Assembly: GCF_002310835.1 (NCBI RefSeq)
Contig: NZ_CP011041.1
Location: forward strand, 1,140,001-1,172,000
Length of the DNA stretch: 32,000 nucleotides
Reading direction: 5' to 3'
Source: Pseudoalteromonas tetraodonis
GTDB lineage: Bacteria > Pseudomonadota > Gammaproteobacteria > Enterobacterales > Alteromonadaceae
How positions within the stretch are numbered: the stretch's first letter is position 1; every line of letters begins with the position of its first letter. The notes beneath the pieces were generated by a model. The model was not told the origin of the DNA and did no database searches. It worked only from the letters and a program-made list of their open reading frames with translations. Below, piece by piece: positions 1 through 7,832 of the stretch. Made by a program: the position numbers and the translations under genes.

Positions 1-1
1 T

Positions 2-406
2 AGGTTTAAAATTAATGAGCACATGATAAGTACGATACGTATGCTCGATACACTGCCGTTCCCTAAAGAACTTGAGCGCGTACCGCGTTATGCCTCTACC
101 CATCACGAAACATTAATCGGCACAGGCTATCCGCGTAAACTCAATGCGGATGACTTATCGATACCTGAGCGGGTGTTGGTACTTGCTGACATTTTTGAAG
201 CATTAACAGCAGCCGACAGGCCCTATAAAAAGGCAAAAACACTCAGTGAGTCCATCGGTATATTAGCTAAAATGGTGGCCGATCAGCATGTTGATAAAGC
301 CGTATTTGAATTATTTTTAAGTTCAGGTATTTATCTTGATTATGCTAAGCGTTATCTCAATGCTGAACAAATAGATGAAGTAGATATTTCTAAATATATA
401 ACTTAG
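2..406 (+). CDS. HD-GYP domain protein, C-terminal part (the 5-prime end lies upstream of the window)
   Basis: The frame is open from base 2. The translation contains HHETLIGTGYPRKL, the HD-GYP signature of c-di-GMP phosphodiesterase domains, followed by DIFEALTAADRPYKKA, which is typical of that family. Confidence 0.8.
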   Translation, partial: RFKINEHMISTIRMLDTLPFPKELERVPRYASTHHETLIGTGYPRKLNADDLSIPERVLVLADIFEALTAADRPYKKAKTLSESIGILAKMVADQHVDKAVFELFLSSGIYLDYAKRYLNAEQIDEVDISKYIT

Positions 407-571
407 GGCCAAAGCGTTAAAATTAAACCGCTTAGCGCTAACAATGTTTTTAATCACTTGTTTTTTACTTTGTAGATAAAAGTACGTACAATTCGCTTCG
501 TTTTTAGTGTGCTTTATACTAATTTCATCTGTCTTTAAAGCATCGGGTTCAAACGAGTATACGAAGTATTT

Positions 572-1126
572 ATGCACCAAGTAGCTGATCTGATTTCTAT
601 TTTCGAACACACTTTTTACCAAAGCTATAACACGCGTTTGGTAAAAGGTGATCATGAGCCTATTTACATTCCCGCAAATGATACAACCCCGCATCATCAA
701 ATTATGTTTGCCCATGGTTTTTATGCCAGCGCATTGCATGAAATAGCCCATTGGTTAGTGGCAGGTTCTCAGCGCCGCTTAGTTGAAGATTATGGTTATT
801 GGTATTGCCCTGATGGGCGCGATGCTTCACAGCAAGCGGAGTTTGAATCAGTAGAGGTAAAACCTCAAGCAATAGAGTGGGCATTGAGTGTGGCTGCCGG
901 GTTTGATTTTAACGTATCGGTAGATAATTTAAATGGTGAGCAAACATGTCGATTTGCGTTTCAGTCTCGCGTTCATGCAAAGTTATTAGAGTTATTGCAA
1001 AACGGGTTTAACCCAAGAACAACCTTACTATTAAAAGCACTGTGTAAATTTTATAACACCACGTGGCCATTACATGCTGCGCAGTTTTCATGGCATTCTC
1101 CCGAGGAGTTAAAAGATGCAGTTTAA
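572..1126 (+). CDS. epmC: Elongation factor P hydroxylase EpmC (YfcM family)
   Basis: The 184-aa product closely parallels my recollection of E. coli YfcM/EpmC: NTRLVKGDHEPIYIPA, FAHGFYASALHEIAHW, DYGYWYCPDGRDA, VEVKPQAIEW and NVSVDNL blocks in the same order and at similar length. Confidence 0.85.
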   Translation: MHQVADLISIFEHTFYQSYNTRLVKGDHEPIYIPANDTTPHHQIMFAHGFYASALHEIAHWLVAGSQRRLVEDYGYWYCPDGRDASQQAEFESVEVKPQAIEWALSVAAGFDFNVSVDNLNGEQTCRFAFQSRVHAKLLELLQNGFNPRTTLLLKALCKFYNTTWPLHAAQFSWHSPEELKDAV

Positions 1127-2258
1127 GTTAGGATTGATTGTAAATCCGGTCGCAGGGCTCGGTGGTAGTGTTGCGCTTAAGGGCAGTGACGGTGAAGACA
1201 CCGCTGCTAAAGCCATTGCATTAGGTGCAGAGCCTAAGTCAAATAGCCGCACTAAAGCTGCACTTGAAGTGCTTGTACCTCATCAATCAAACATTACTAT
1301 TTATACTGTTAATGATGAAATGGGGGAGCAAACAGCAAAAGCGTTGGGCTTTAATACGCAAGTGGTTTATCAAAGTAACTCACCCACAACCAGTGACGAT
1401 ACCGAAGCTGCAGCTCGTTTATTACAGCAACAAGGTGTAGATTTAATCTTATTTGCTGGTGGCGACGGAACGGCGCGCAATATTTGCCATGCTGTAGAAG
1501 ACTCTGTACCCGTGTTGGGCATTCCTGCTGGGTGTAAAATTCATTCCGGCGTCTATGCCATAACGCCAAAAGCCGCAGGCCGTGTAGTTGAAATGCTGGT
1601 AAAAGGTGAGCTGGTAACATTAAGCGATGCTGATGTCATGGACATTGATGAAGTGGCTTTTCGCCAAGGAACAGTAAAAGCAAAACGTTATGGTGAAATG
1701 CAAGTGCCAAGTGAAGTGCGCTATGTACAAGCGGTTAAAAATGGCGGTAAAGAAACTGACGAGCTGGTGCTAGCAGATATAGCTGCTTATGTCGTTAGTG
1801 AAATGGATGCCGATATCCTCTATGTCATGGGTAGTGGCTCTACCGTTGGCGCAGTGATGGAAGAGATGGGGCTTGAAAACACCTTACTCGGTGTTGATCT
1901 CGTTGAAGATCAAGCTTTAGTAGGGCAAGACCTAACAGCCCAGCAACTTCTTGAACTTACCAAAGAACGTGAAACAAAGTTAGTGATCACCCTAATTGGC
2001 GGTCAAGGGCATATTTTTGGTCGAGGCAATCAACAACTCAGTCCTGCGTTAATTAAAGCGATAGGCCGCGATAATATTATTGTGGTGGCTACTAAAACAA
2101 AATTACAGGCTTTAAATGGCCGACCGCTGATTTGTGATACCGGCGATAGCAAATTAGATGATGAATTAAGCGGTTATATACGTGTAACCAGTGGGTTTAA
2201 CGACCATATTATGTATGCAGTAGGTCATCAAGATGGGCTGCACCCAGAGGAGAAGTAA
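1116..2258 (+). CDS. ATP-NAD kinase / diacylglycerol-kinase-fold protein (AcoX-like, GGDGT motif)
   Basis: The 380-aa ORF carries LILFAGGDGTARN, the GGDGT nucleotide-binding motif of the NAD kinase/lipid kinase superfamily. A GAGGAG Shine-Dalgarno sits about 7 nt upstream, and the start overlaps the epmC 3-prime end by 11 nt. Confidence 0.65.
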   Translation: MQFKLGLIVNPVAGLGGSVALKGSDGEDTAAKAIALGAEPKSNSRTKAALEVLVPHQSNITIYTVNDEMGEQTAKALGFNTQVVYQSNSPTTSDDTEAAARLLQQQGVDLILFAGGDGTARNICHAVEDSVPVLGIPAGCKIHSGVYAITPKAAGRVVEMLVKGELVTLSDADVMDIDEVAFRQGTVKAKRYGEMQVPSEVRYVQAVKNGGKETDELVLADIAAYVVSEMDADILYVMGSGSTVGAVMEEMGLENTLLGVDLVEDQALVGQDLTAQQLLELTKERETKLVITLIGGQGHIFGRGNQQLSPALIKAIGRDNIIVVATKTKLQALNGRPLICDTGDSKLDDELSGYIRVTSGFNDHIMYAVGHQDGLHPEEK

Positions 2259-2261
2259 CAC

Positions 2262-2537
2262 ATGAGTTTAGTAAATTACATAGATGCTGCGCAGCAATAT
2301 TTTGATGATTTAGTGATAAAAGCAACCGATGACGAGTTATTTGCTGGCGGTTATTTACGCGGCCACTTTGATTTAGCCGTAGGTTATGCACAAGTTGAAG
2401 AGTTAAATCTAGAAATTGCAGAACTAAACGACACGGTTGAAAAAAGCTTAGTAAAAGCTTATCGCAATGGCGAACTTAATGAAGATGATAAAGCACTCGT
2501 AGTAAGAATATGGGATGAAGTAAAAGCACTCGCATAA
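2262..2537 (+). CDS. yfcL: YfcL family protein
   Basis: The 91-aa product contains DDELFAGGYLRGHFDLAV, matching the DDELFASGYLRGH block I recall from E. coli YfcL. It starts 4 nt after the previous stop. Confidence 0.75.
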   Translation: MSLVNYIDAAQQYFDDLVIKATDDELFAGGYLRGHFDLAVGYAQVEELNLEIAELNDTVEKSLVKAYRNGELNEDDKALVVRIWDEVKALA

Positions 2538-2559
2538 GCTTTTTTTATTCATTAAAAAT

Positions 2560-2588
2560 AGCGCGGCTACTGAGCCGTGTTTTTTTGT
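2560..2588 (+). terminator. Rho-independent terminator after yfcL
   Basis: A stem CGCGGCT/AGCCGTG (7 bp including one G-U) is followed by an 8-T run. Confidence 0.7.
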
Positions 2589-2680
2589 GCCTAAAAAAGA
2601 ACTTGTTTATTCAGTTAAAATTTACCTCATTCCTTAGATACGCTAAAGTAGCACAGTCTAAATTCTAGGGAACAAGTGAA

Positions 2681-4240
2681 ATGAATAACAATAATGATGC
2701 GACAATGCCAACTGGCATAGTTGCGCGATTTTTAAATTTTGTTGAGCGGGTAGGTAATAAGCTTCCTGATCCAGCAATTATCTTTTTGTTTGCCATGTTA
2801 TTAATCTGGTTTTTGTCTTGGTGGTTTTCAAGCGTCACATTTGATGCAATAGACCCTCGTACTGGCGAAGCCATTATTATTAATAACATGCTTGCCAGCG
2901 ATTCGTTGGCCACTTTTTTATCTTCTATGGTAAAAACATTCACCGGTTTTGCGCCACTGGGTGTAGTACTGGTTGCTATGCTAGGTGTAGGCGTTGCAGA
3001 GCATTCGGGCTTTATTAATACCGGCCTTAAATTAATGCTCAAAGTAACGCCTAGAAAATTACTAACACCCTCAATTATTTTGGTAGCTATTGTGAGCCAT
3101 ACGGCTACCGATGCAGGGTATGTGCTGGTTATTCCACTTGCTGGGGTAATATTTTTTGCAGCAGGTCGTCATCCGCTTGCAGGTATTGCAGCGGCATTTG
3201 CAGGGGTTAGCGGTGGCTTTGGCGCTAACTTTATTCCATCTGGGATTGACCCGTTACTGCAAAGCTTTACGCAAAGTGCAGCACAAATTATTAATCCAAC
3301 AATGAGCATTAACCCGCTTAATAACTGGGGCTTTGCTTCAGCATCAAGCTTATTTATTGTAATGTTAGGCTGGTACATCACCGATAAAATTATTGAACCA
3401 CGTTTAAAAAATTCACCAGTAGATGGTGAAACTCAAGACCTACCAGCATTTGAAGATGCCCGTAGTGACGAAAAGCGCGCCTTTCTTATTGCTAGTTCCG
3501 TAATGATTGCAGGTATTGCGTTATTAGCGTATGTATCCGCACCCGCTGATTCAGCGATGCGCAGCAGCGATGGCTCTTTAACAAACTTTAGTTCACCACT
3601 AATGCAGTCAATAGTGCCGCTAATCTTCTTACTGTTTTGGATCCCAGGCGCAGTATATGGTTTTACCGTAGGCACCTTTAAAAGCTCTAAAGACATGATA
3701 GATGCGATGAGCAAAGCCATGAATGGTATGGCGTATTACATTGTTATGGCATTCTTTTGTTCATTATTTATTGCTGCATTTAGTAAATCAAACCTAGGTG
3801 CCTTACTGGCAATTGAAGGGGCTCAGGTATTAAAAGCAATGGAGTTACCGAGCTCTGTAACGGTCGTAGGGATTATTTTCTTAACTGGTTTTGTAAACTT
3901 ATTTGTTGGTTCAAGTTCGGCTAAGTGGGCACTATTAGGTCCGGTATTTGTACCTATGCTAATGCAACTCGGTATTTCGCCAGACTTAACGCAAGCGGCG
4001 TACCGTGTGGGAGATTCTAGCTCTAATATTATCACTCCGCTCATGCCATACTTCCCACTAGTTGTGGTGTACTGTCAAAAATACGTTAAAGGCACAGGCA
4101 TAGGTACGCTTATCGCGATGATGCTACCGTATTCAATCGCCTTTATGATTGGCTGGAGTATCTTCTTGCTAGGCTACTGGGCACTTGGTATCCCATTAGG
4201 GCTTGATGCCAGCTACGTGTACCCAGCAGTAGCGCCTTAA
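2681..4240 (+). CDS. AbgT family transporter (p-aminobenzoyl-glutamate / antimetabolite transporter family)
   Basis: The 519-aa polytopic membrane protein has VERVGNKLPDP near the N-terminus, FTGFAPLGVVLVAMLGVGVAE, AGRHPLAGIAAAFAGVSGGF and ITDKIIEPRL, all colinear with E. coli AbgT as I recall it. Confidence 0.85.
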   Translation: MNNNNDATMPTGIVARFLNFVERVGNKLPDPAIIFLFAMLLIWFLSWWFSSVTFDAIDPRTGEAIIINNMLASDSLATFLSSMVKTFTGFAPLGVVLVAMLGVGVAEHSGFINTGLKLMLKVTPRKLLTPSIILVAIVSHTATDAGYVLVIPLAGVIFFAAGRHPLAGIAAAFAGVSGGFGANFIPSGIDPLLQSFTQSAAQIINPTMSINPLNNWGFASASSLFIVMLGWYITDKIIEPRLKNSPVDGETQDLPAFEDARSDEKRAFLIASSVMIAGIALLAYVSAPADSAMRSSDGSLTNFSSPLMQSIVPLIFLLFWIPGAVYGFTVGTFKSSKDMIDAMSKAMNGMAYYIVMAFFCSLFIAAFSKSNLGALLAIEGAQVLKAMELPSSVTVVGIIFLTGFVNLFVGSSSAKWALLGPVFVPMLMQLGISPDLTQAAYRVGDSSSNIITPLMPYFPLVVVYCQKYVKGTGIGTLIAMMLPYSIAFMIGWSIFLLGYWALGIPLGLDASYVYPAVAP

Positions 4241-4258
4241 CTTAAATCTTGATTCATA

Positions 4259-4285
4259 AACCTCACTCACTCGAGTGAGGTTTAT
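4259..4285. terminator. Hairpin between convergent genes (probably a bidirectional terminator)
   Basis: The stem CCTCACTC/GAGTGAGG (8 bp, 4-nt loop) is flanked by AAA on the left and TTTAT on the right. It lies between the abgT-family stop (4240) and the stop of the minus-strand orphan gene (4320). Confidence 0.6.
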
Positions 4286-4319
4286 ATAAAAGTGCTGTAA
4301 TATTCAAAGTAAGTCTAAG

Positions 4320-4910
4320 TTACCTTTCTAAATCTCTCACTATATAGCCAAACAAACTAGCCTCACCAAAAATATAAACATAATCGTTTTTGTTATTCAT
4401 TATTGTAGACTTATCTTCGTACCATCTAAAATCATGAGTTTCGTTTGTTTTAGGATCTTTAAAATATAAACGAGTACAATTATCTTCATAATCAGAACCA
4501 CACTTTTGCACATCAGTTAGGATATATTCCTTATACCAATAGTCGCCTTGCGTGTAGTAAGCCCATAATTTAATGGGGGCAGAGAATAAAAAATAGAGAC
4601 TTGCATAGATTAACAAAGGGATTAATGGGTACGCGAATATTAATGATAATTTCGTTTTTGTATCTGAAAAACTATATTTAAGGTGCTCTCTGTATTTACT
4701 GCAGCGTCTATATTTATTGAATACAAGTATATTTAAATAGATGAATGATGCGCCACAAATAATAGGGAATGCTATAAAGAAAATAACGTCGTATATTTCA
4801 TTTGTGATAAATGGTGGATCTGTAAAGTCCATTAAAATAGGAATAATTATGCATAATAAAATAGGTAACATTATTACTACAAAGAGTAAGTTGTCGTAAT
4901 TTCTTTTCAA
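4320..4910 (-). CDS. Hypothetical membrane protein (about 3 predicted TM helices plus an 80-aa Trp/Tyr-rich, 2-Cys C-terminal domain), low-GC orphan
   Basis: This 196-aa ORF is the only long ORF in a roughly 1 kb stretch that is visibly more AT-rich than its neighbours. It has hydrophobic segments LLFVVIMLPILLCIIIPILM, VIFFIAFPIICGASFIYLNILVF and LSLIFAYPLIPLLIYASLYFLF. I recognise no family. Confidence 0.55.
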   Translation of the reverse strand: MKRNYDNLLFVVIMLPILLCIIIPILMDFTDPPFITNEIYDVIFFIAFPIICGASFIYLNILVFNKYRRCSKYREHLKYSFSDTKTKLSLIFAYPLIPLLIYASLYFLFSAPIKLWAYYTQGDYWYKEYILTDVQKCGSDYEDNCTRLYFKDPKTNETHDFRWYEDKSTIMNNKNDYVYIFGEASLFGYIVRDLER

Positions 4911-5234
4911 TTTTTAATTCGTCCATGAATTATAGCCTTTGCTTAGTTTACATAAATTTTATTGTTTTAAAAATCAAAGAAAACATGTTTATACACATTA
5001 AGTAATCTGAGTTTTGGATAATAAAGCTATCTCAATCAGCTTTTTCAACGCTAATTACGTTGAATTTACTTACAATAGGCTAGCTATTGACGCGTAATTT
5101 CGCCTTGTTTTCACTGCAATCTCTGGTTAGAGAAAACAAAAAAATATTTTTAATTCAATCTGTTAGTTAAGTGCCTAATACTGACTTGCGGCTTCAAGTT
5201 ACGGAAATTAAGCAGATAGCTGAATTCTAGACAC

Positions 5235-5271
5235 AAAAAAGCCTTGGCACTTTCATGCCAAGGCTTTTTTT
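5235..5271 (-). terminator. Rho-independent terminator of deaD
   Basis: The stem GCCTTGGCA/TGCCAAGGC (9 bp) sits between an A-run and a T-run, 16 nt beyond the deaD stop on the minus strand. Confidence 0.8.
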
Positions 5272-5286
5272 CTAAAGAGTCGTTGC

Positions 5287-7119
5287 TTACTTAGCGGTAA
5301 AGCTAACTGGGCGACGTTCTTTACGAGGGCCGCTACGCTTATCAGGGCGTTGACCATCTTTATTAAAGCTACGCTTCTTGTCACCAGCAGGGCGTTCAGA
5401 ACGCTCGCCGCGTGGCTCAGAAGGGCCTTGATCTTGTGTTAATGTCATACCCATTGGGCGTTTACAAATAAACACTTTCTGGAAGTGATCAAGTACATCT
5501 TTAGGCATGTTTTGCGGTAATTGTACCGTACTGTGACTGTCGTGAAGACGAATGTCACCAATAAACTTGCTTGAAATGTCTGCTTCGTTAGCAATTGCGC
5601 CAACAATGTTCTTAACCTGAACACCATGCTCACGACCTACTTCGATACGGTATGTATCCATAGGGCCTGCATCACGGCTGTTACGCTCGCGTGGTTTACG
5701 CTCAGCGCGCTCACCACCGCGTTCAGGGCGTTCGTTACGACGACCACGGTCATTGCTACGAGGATTACGATCATTACGTTCGTTACGCTCACGCGGTTGA
5801 ATCTTAACTTCTTCAACTTTAATTGGTGATTGTTGCTGTGCTAAACACAGTAACGCACCCGCTAAGTCTTCAGGAGCAAGCTCAAGTTTTTGTGCCATGT
5901 TGGCAGCCACTTCATTGAAGAAAGTAATATCTTTGTTTTCAAGCGCAAGCGTAAGCTTTTCTTGTAAGGCATTGATACGTTTTTCTTCAACAACTTTAGC
6001 TGTAGGTAATTCAACTTGTGCGATTTCAGATTTAGTATGACGAATGATATTTTTAAGTAAATAACGCTCGTTATGCTTAACGAAAAGAATCGCTTTACCA
6101 GTACGACCAGCACGACCTGTACGGCCGATACGGTGAACGTAGGCTTCAGAGTCTTGTGGAATGTCGTAGTTGATAACTAAGCTTAAACGGTCTACATCAA
6201 GACCACGTGCCGCTACGTCTGTTGCAATAACAACGTTTAGCATGCCGCTTTTTAAACGATCAACCGTGCGCTCACGCGCTTGCTGGTTCATGTCACCGTT
6301 AAGTGGCGCTGCAGAGAAACCTTCGCGCTCTAATAACTCAGCAAGTTGCACTGTATCGTTACGCGTACGTACGAAAACAATAGCACCTTCGTATTGTTCA
6401 GCTTCTAAGAAACGAACAATCGCTTTATTTTTATGTACGTGTGCATTCCAAAACACTTGTTCAACTGATGATACAGTTGAGTTGCGCGCAGAAATATGAA
6501 CCTGTTCAGGGTTATTCATATATTTGCTGCTGATGTTTTGAATTTGCTTAGGCATAGTCGCAGAGAAAAGACATGTTTGCTTTTCACGCGGTGTTTTTTC
6601 CATGATGCTTTCTACATCATCGATAAAGCCCATACGTAGCATTTCATCGGCTTCATCAAGTACAAGGGCTTGTAAAGCATCAAACTTGATAGTGCCACGG
6701 TTTATGTGATCGATTAAACGACCTGGTGTAGCAACGATAATCTGTGCGCCACGACGAAGTGCGCTCAGCTGGATGCTGTAGCTCTGGCCACCATAAAGTG
6801 CCAATACTTCAACACCACGAGTGTGTTTTGCATATTGTTCAAATGCCTCAGCTACTTGGATCGCAAGCTCACGGGTAGGTGTGAGTACAAGGATCTGTGG
6901 CTGTTTCACAGACGGGTCAATATTATTTAGTAATGGCAGTGCAAATGCTGCTGTTTTACCTGTACCCGTTTGTGCTAGTCCCAGTACGTCCTTTCTTTCT
7001 AGCAATAACGGTATACATTGAGCTTGGATTTCAGATGGTGTCTTGTAACCCAACTCTTCAACTGCCTTTAAAATTGCAGGAGAAAGATTTAGAGATTCAA
7101 ACGTGACTGGTTCTGACAT
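5287..7119 (-). CDS. deaD: ATP-dependent DEAD-box RNA helicase DeaD/CsdA
   Basis: The 610-aa product has the full helicase motif set: Q motif (F..L.L...IL.A..ELGY..PSEIQ), AQTGTGKT, PTRELA, DEAD (VLDEADEML), SAT, ARGLD and HRIGRTGRAG. It also has an Arg/Asn/Glu-rich linker and a DbpA-like C-terminal region, as in DeaD. Confidence 0.95.
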   Translation of the reverse strand: MSEPVTFESLNLSPAILKAVEELGYKTPSEIQAQCIPLLLERKDVLGLAQTGTGKTAAFALPLLNNIDPSVKQPQILVLTPTRELAIQVAEAFEQYAKHTRGVEVLALYGGQSYSIQLSALRRGAQIIVATPGRLIDHINRGTIKFDALQALVLDEADEMLRMGFIDDVESIMEKTPREKQTCLFSATMPKQIQNISSKYMNNPEQVHISARNSTVSSVEQVFWNAHVHKNKAIVRFLEAEQYEGAIVFVRTRNDTVQLAELLEREGFSAAPLNGDMNQQARERTVDRLKSGMLNVVIATDVAARGLDVDRLSLVINYDIPQDSEAYVHRIGRTGRAGRTGKAILFVKHNERYLLKNIIRHTKSEIAQVELPTAKVVEEKRINALQEKLTLALENKDITFFNEVAANMAQKLELAPEDLAGALLCLAQQQSPIKVEEVKIQPRERNERNDRNPRSNDRGRRNERPERGGERAERKPRERNSRDAGPMDTYRIEVGREHGVQVKNIVGAIANEADISSKFIGDIRLHDSHSTVQLPQNMPKDVLDHFQKVFICKRPMGMTLTQDQGPSEPRGERSERPAGDKKRSFNKDGQRPDKRSGPRKERRPVSFTAK

Positions 7120-7225
7120 TAATACGCCTCAACGAATTTAAAGAGGCGCGCATTGTATAGGAAATGCGAGGCAAATGCTTGTATAAATTACAACTAATTT
7201 ATATGTGTTTGATGTTGGTCGAAAT

Positions 7226-7263
7226 TTAACCAGCTTCAATTGTACGTTAATTGAGCTGGTTAA
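7226..7263 (-). terminator. Long hairpin downstream of grxA and upstream of deaD
   Basis: TTAACCAGCT(T)CAATT pairs with AATTGAGCTGGTTAA (15 bp, one bulge, 7-nt loop), 17 nt past the grxA stop. Only a short T-tract (ATTTC) follows on the minus strand, so terminator function is uncertain. Confidence 0.4.
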
Positions 7264-7279
7264 CACTCTGTCTACAAAA

Positions 7280-7543
7280 TTACTGGTAAAGGCCTAGGTT
7301 TTCTTTAGCATAAGCTTCAAATTCAGTGAATCCACCAATATGAGTTTGGTCTACAAAAATCTGCGGTACGGTTGGGCATGGTTTGCCTGCAGACTTCTCT
7401 AAATCTTCTTTACTGATACCTTCTTTGATGATGTCGATGTAGCGGTATTTAAAATCATCGCGATCATTAGCAAGTTGCTCTGCAACATCTTTAGCGCGAA
7501 CACAAAAAGGGCAGCCTTCACGGCCAAAAATTACTGTTAACAT
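7280..7543 (-). CDS. grxA: Glutaredoxin 1
   Basis: The 87-aa product begins MLTVIFGREGCPFCVRAKDVAEQL, has TVPQIFVDQTHIGGFTEF, and is nearly colinear with E. coli GrxA, including the CPxC active site. Confidence 0.9.
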   Translation of the reverse strand: MLTVIFGREGCPFCVRAKDVAEQLANDRDDFKYRYIDIIKEGISKEDLEKSAGKPCPTVPQIFVDQTHIGGFTEFEAYAKENLGLYQ

Positions 7544-7670
7544 AACGCTCTCCTCAAATTAGTTGACCCTAGTGTAACTAATTTCATTTTTTATTACAGT
7601 GCAAAAAAACGATTATTGCGTTCGCTTTTTTTAGGGCCTGTAAAAAAATAAAAATATTTTATAAAAAAAT

Positions 7671-7698
7671 CTTGAAATAAAATTGCCCGCCCATAAAT
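7671..7698 (+). promoter_or_regulatory. Candidate sigma-32 (heat-shock) promoter of ibpA
   Basis: CTTGAAA (7671-7677) is followed 12 nt later by CCCATAAAT (7690-7698), resembling the sigma-32 consensus CTTGAAA / CCCCATnT. The spacing is about 1-2 nt shorter than I recall for the consensus. E. coli ibpA is a sigma-32 regulon member. Confidence 0.5.
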
Positions 7699-7805
7699 AG
7701 TTATTTGAGGACGCCTGATGGGTCTTCAGTAAATCAGAACTATTTGAAAATTATATTATTAATTAACTTTTGCCGTTACTTGTTCAAACGAAAAGTAGCA
7801 GCAAT

Positions 7806-7828
7806 ATATCGCTTAAATATGAGGATAT
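7806..7828 (+). promoter_or_regulatory. ROSE-like RNA thermometer hairpin masking the ibpA Shine-Dalgarno
   Basis: In AUAUCGCUU-AAAUAU-GAGGAUAU, the UCGCU (UYGCU) element pairs with the SD GAGGA (7821-7825), leaving one G (7811) bulged. The start codon lies 5 nt after the stem. Two further upstream hairpins are at 7707-7727 and 7770-7804. Confidence 0.5.
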
Positions 7829-7832
7829 TATT

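Noticed and set aside
323-751. A 142-aa minus-strand ORF spanning the HD-GYP 3-prime end, the intergenic region and the epmC 5-prime end.
   Set aside because: It overlaps two recognisable plus-strand genes, and the product has no recognisable features.
2665-3042. A 125-aa minus-strand ORF overlapping the start of the AbgT-family gene, plus other minus-strand ORFs within 3169-4044.
   Set aside because: They are antisense to a clearly homologous transporter gene, with no independent motif or ribosome-binding site support.
4925-5005. A 26-codon plus-strand small ORF (MNYSLCLVYINFIVLKIKENMFIHIK) in the AT-rich spacer.
   Set aside because: It has no Shine-Dalgarno. Short ORFs like this are expected by chance in AT-rich DNA, and nothing supports translation.
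5640-5800. Repetitive-looking DNA (CGTTACG / CGCTCACG motifs) that could be mistaken for a tandem repeat or array.
   Set aside because: It encodes the Arg/Asn/Glu/Asp-rich (RNERNDRN...RGRRNERPERGGERAERKPRERN) linker of DeaD. It is an in-frame, imperfect coding low-complexity region, not a spacer/repeat array.
7770-7832. N-terminally extended starts offered by the ORF track for ibpA (7770), rimP (13324), nusA (13806), infB (15325) and nlpI (22554).
   Set aside because: In each case a downstream ATG or GTG has a good Shine-Dalgarno at 5-9 nt and restores the N-terminus seen in E. coli homologues. For ibpA, the extension would also run through the predicted leader hairpins.
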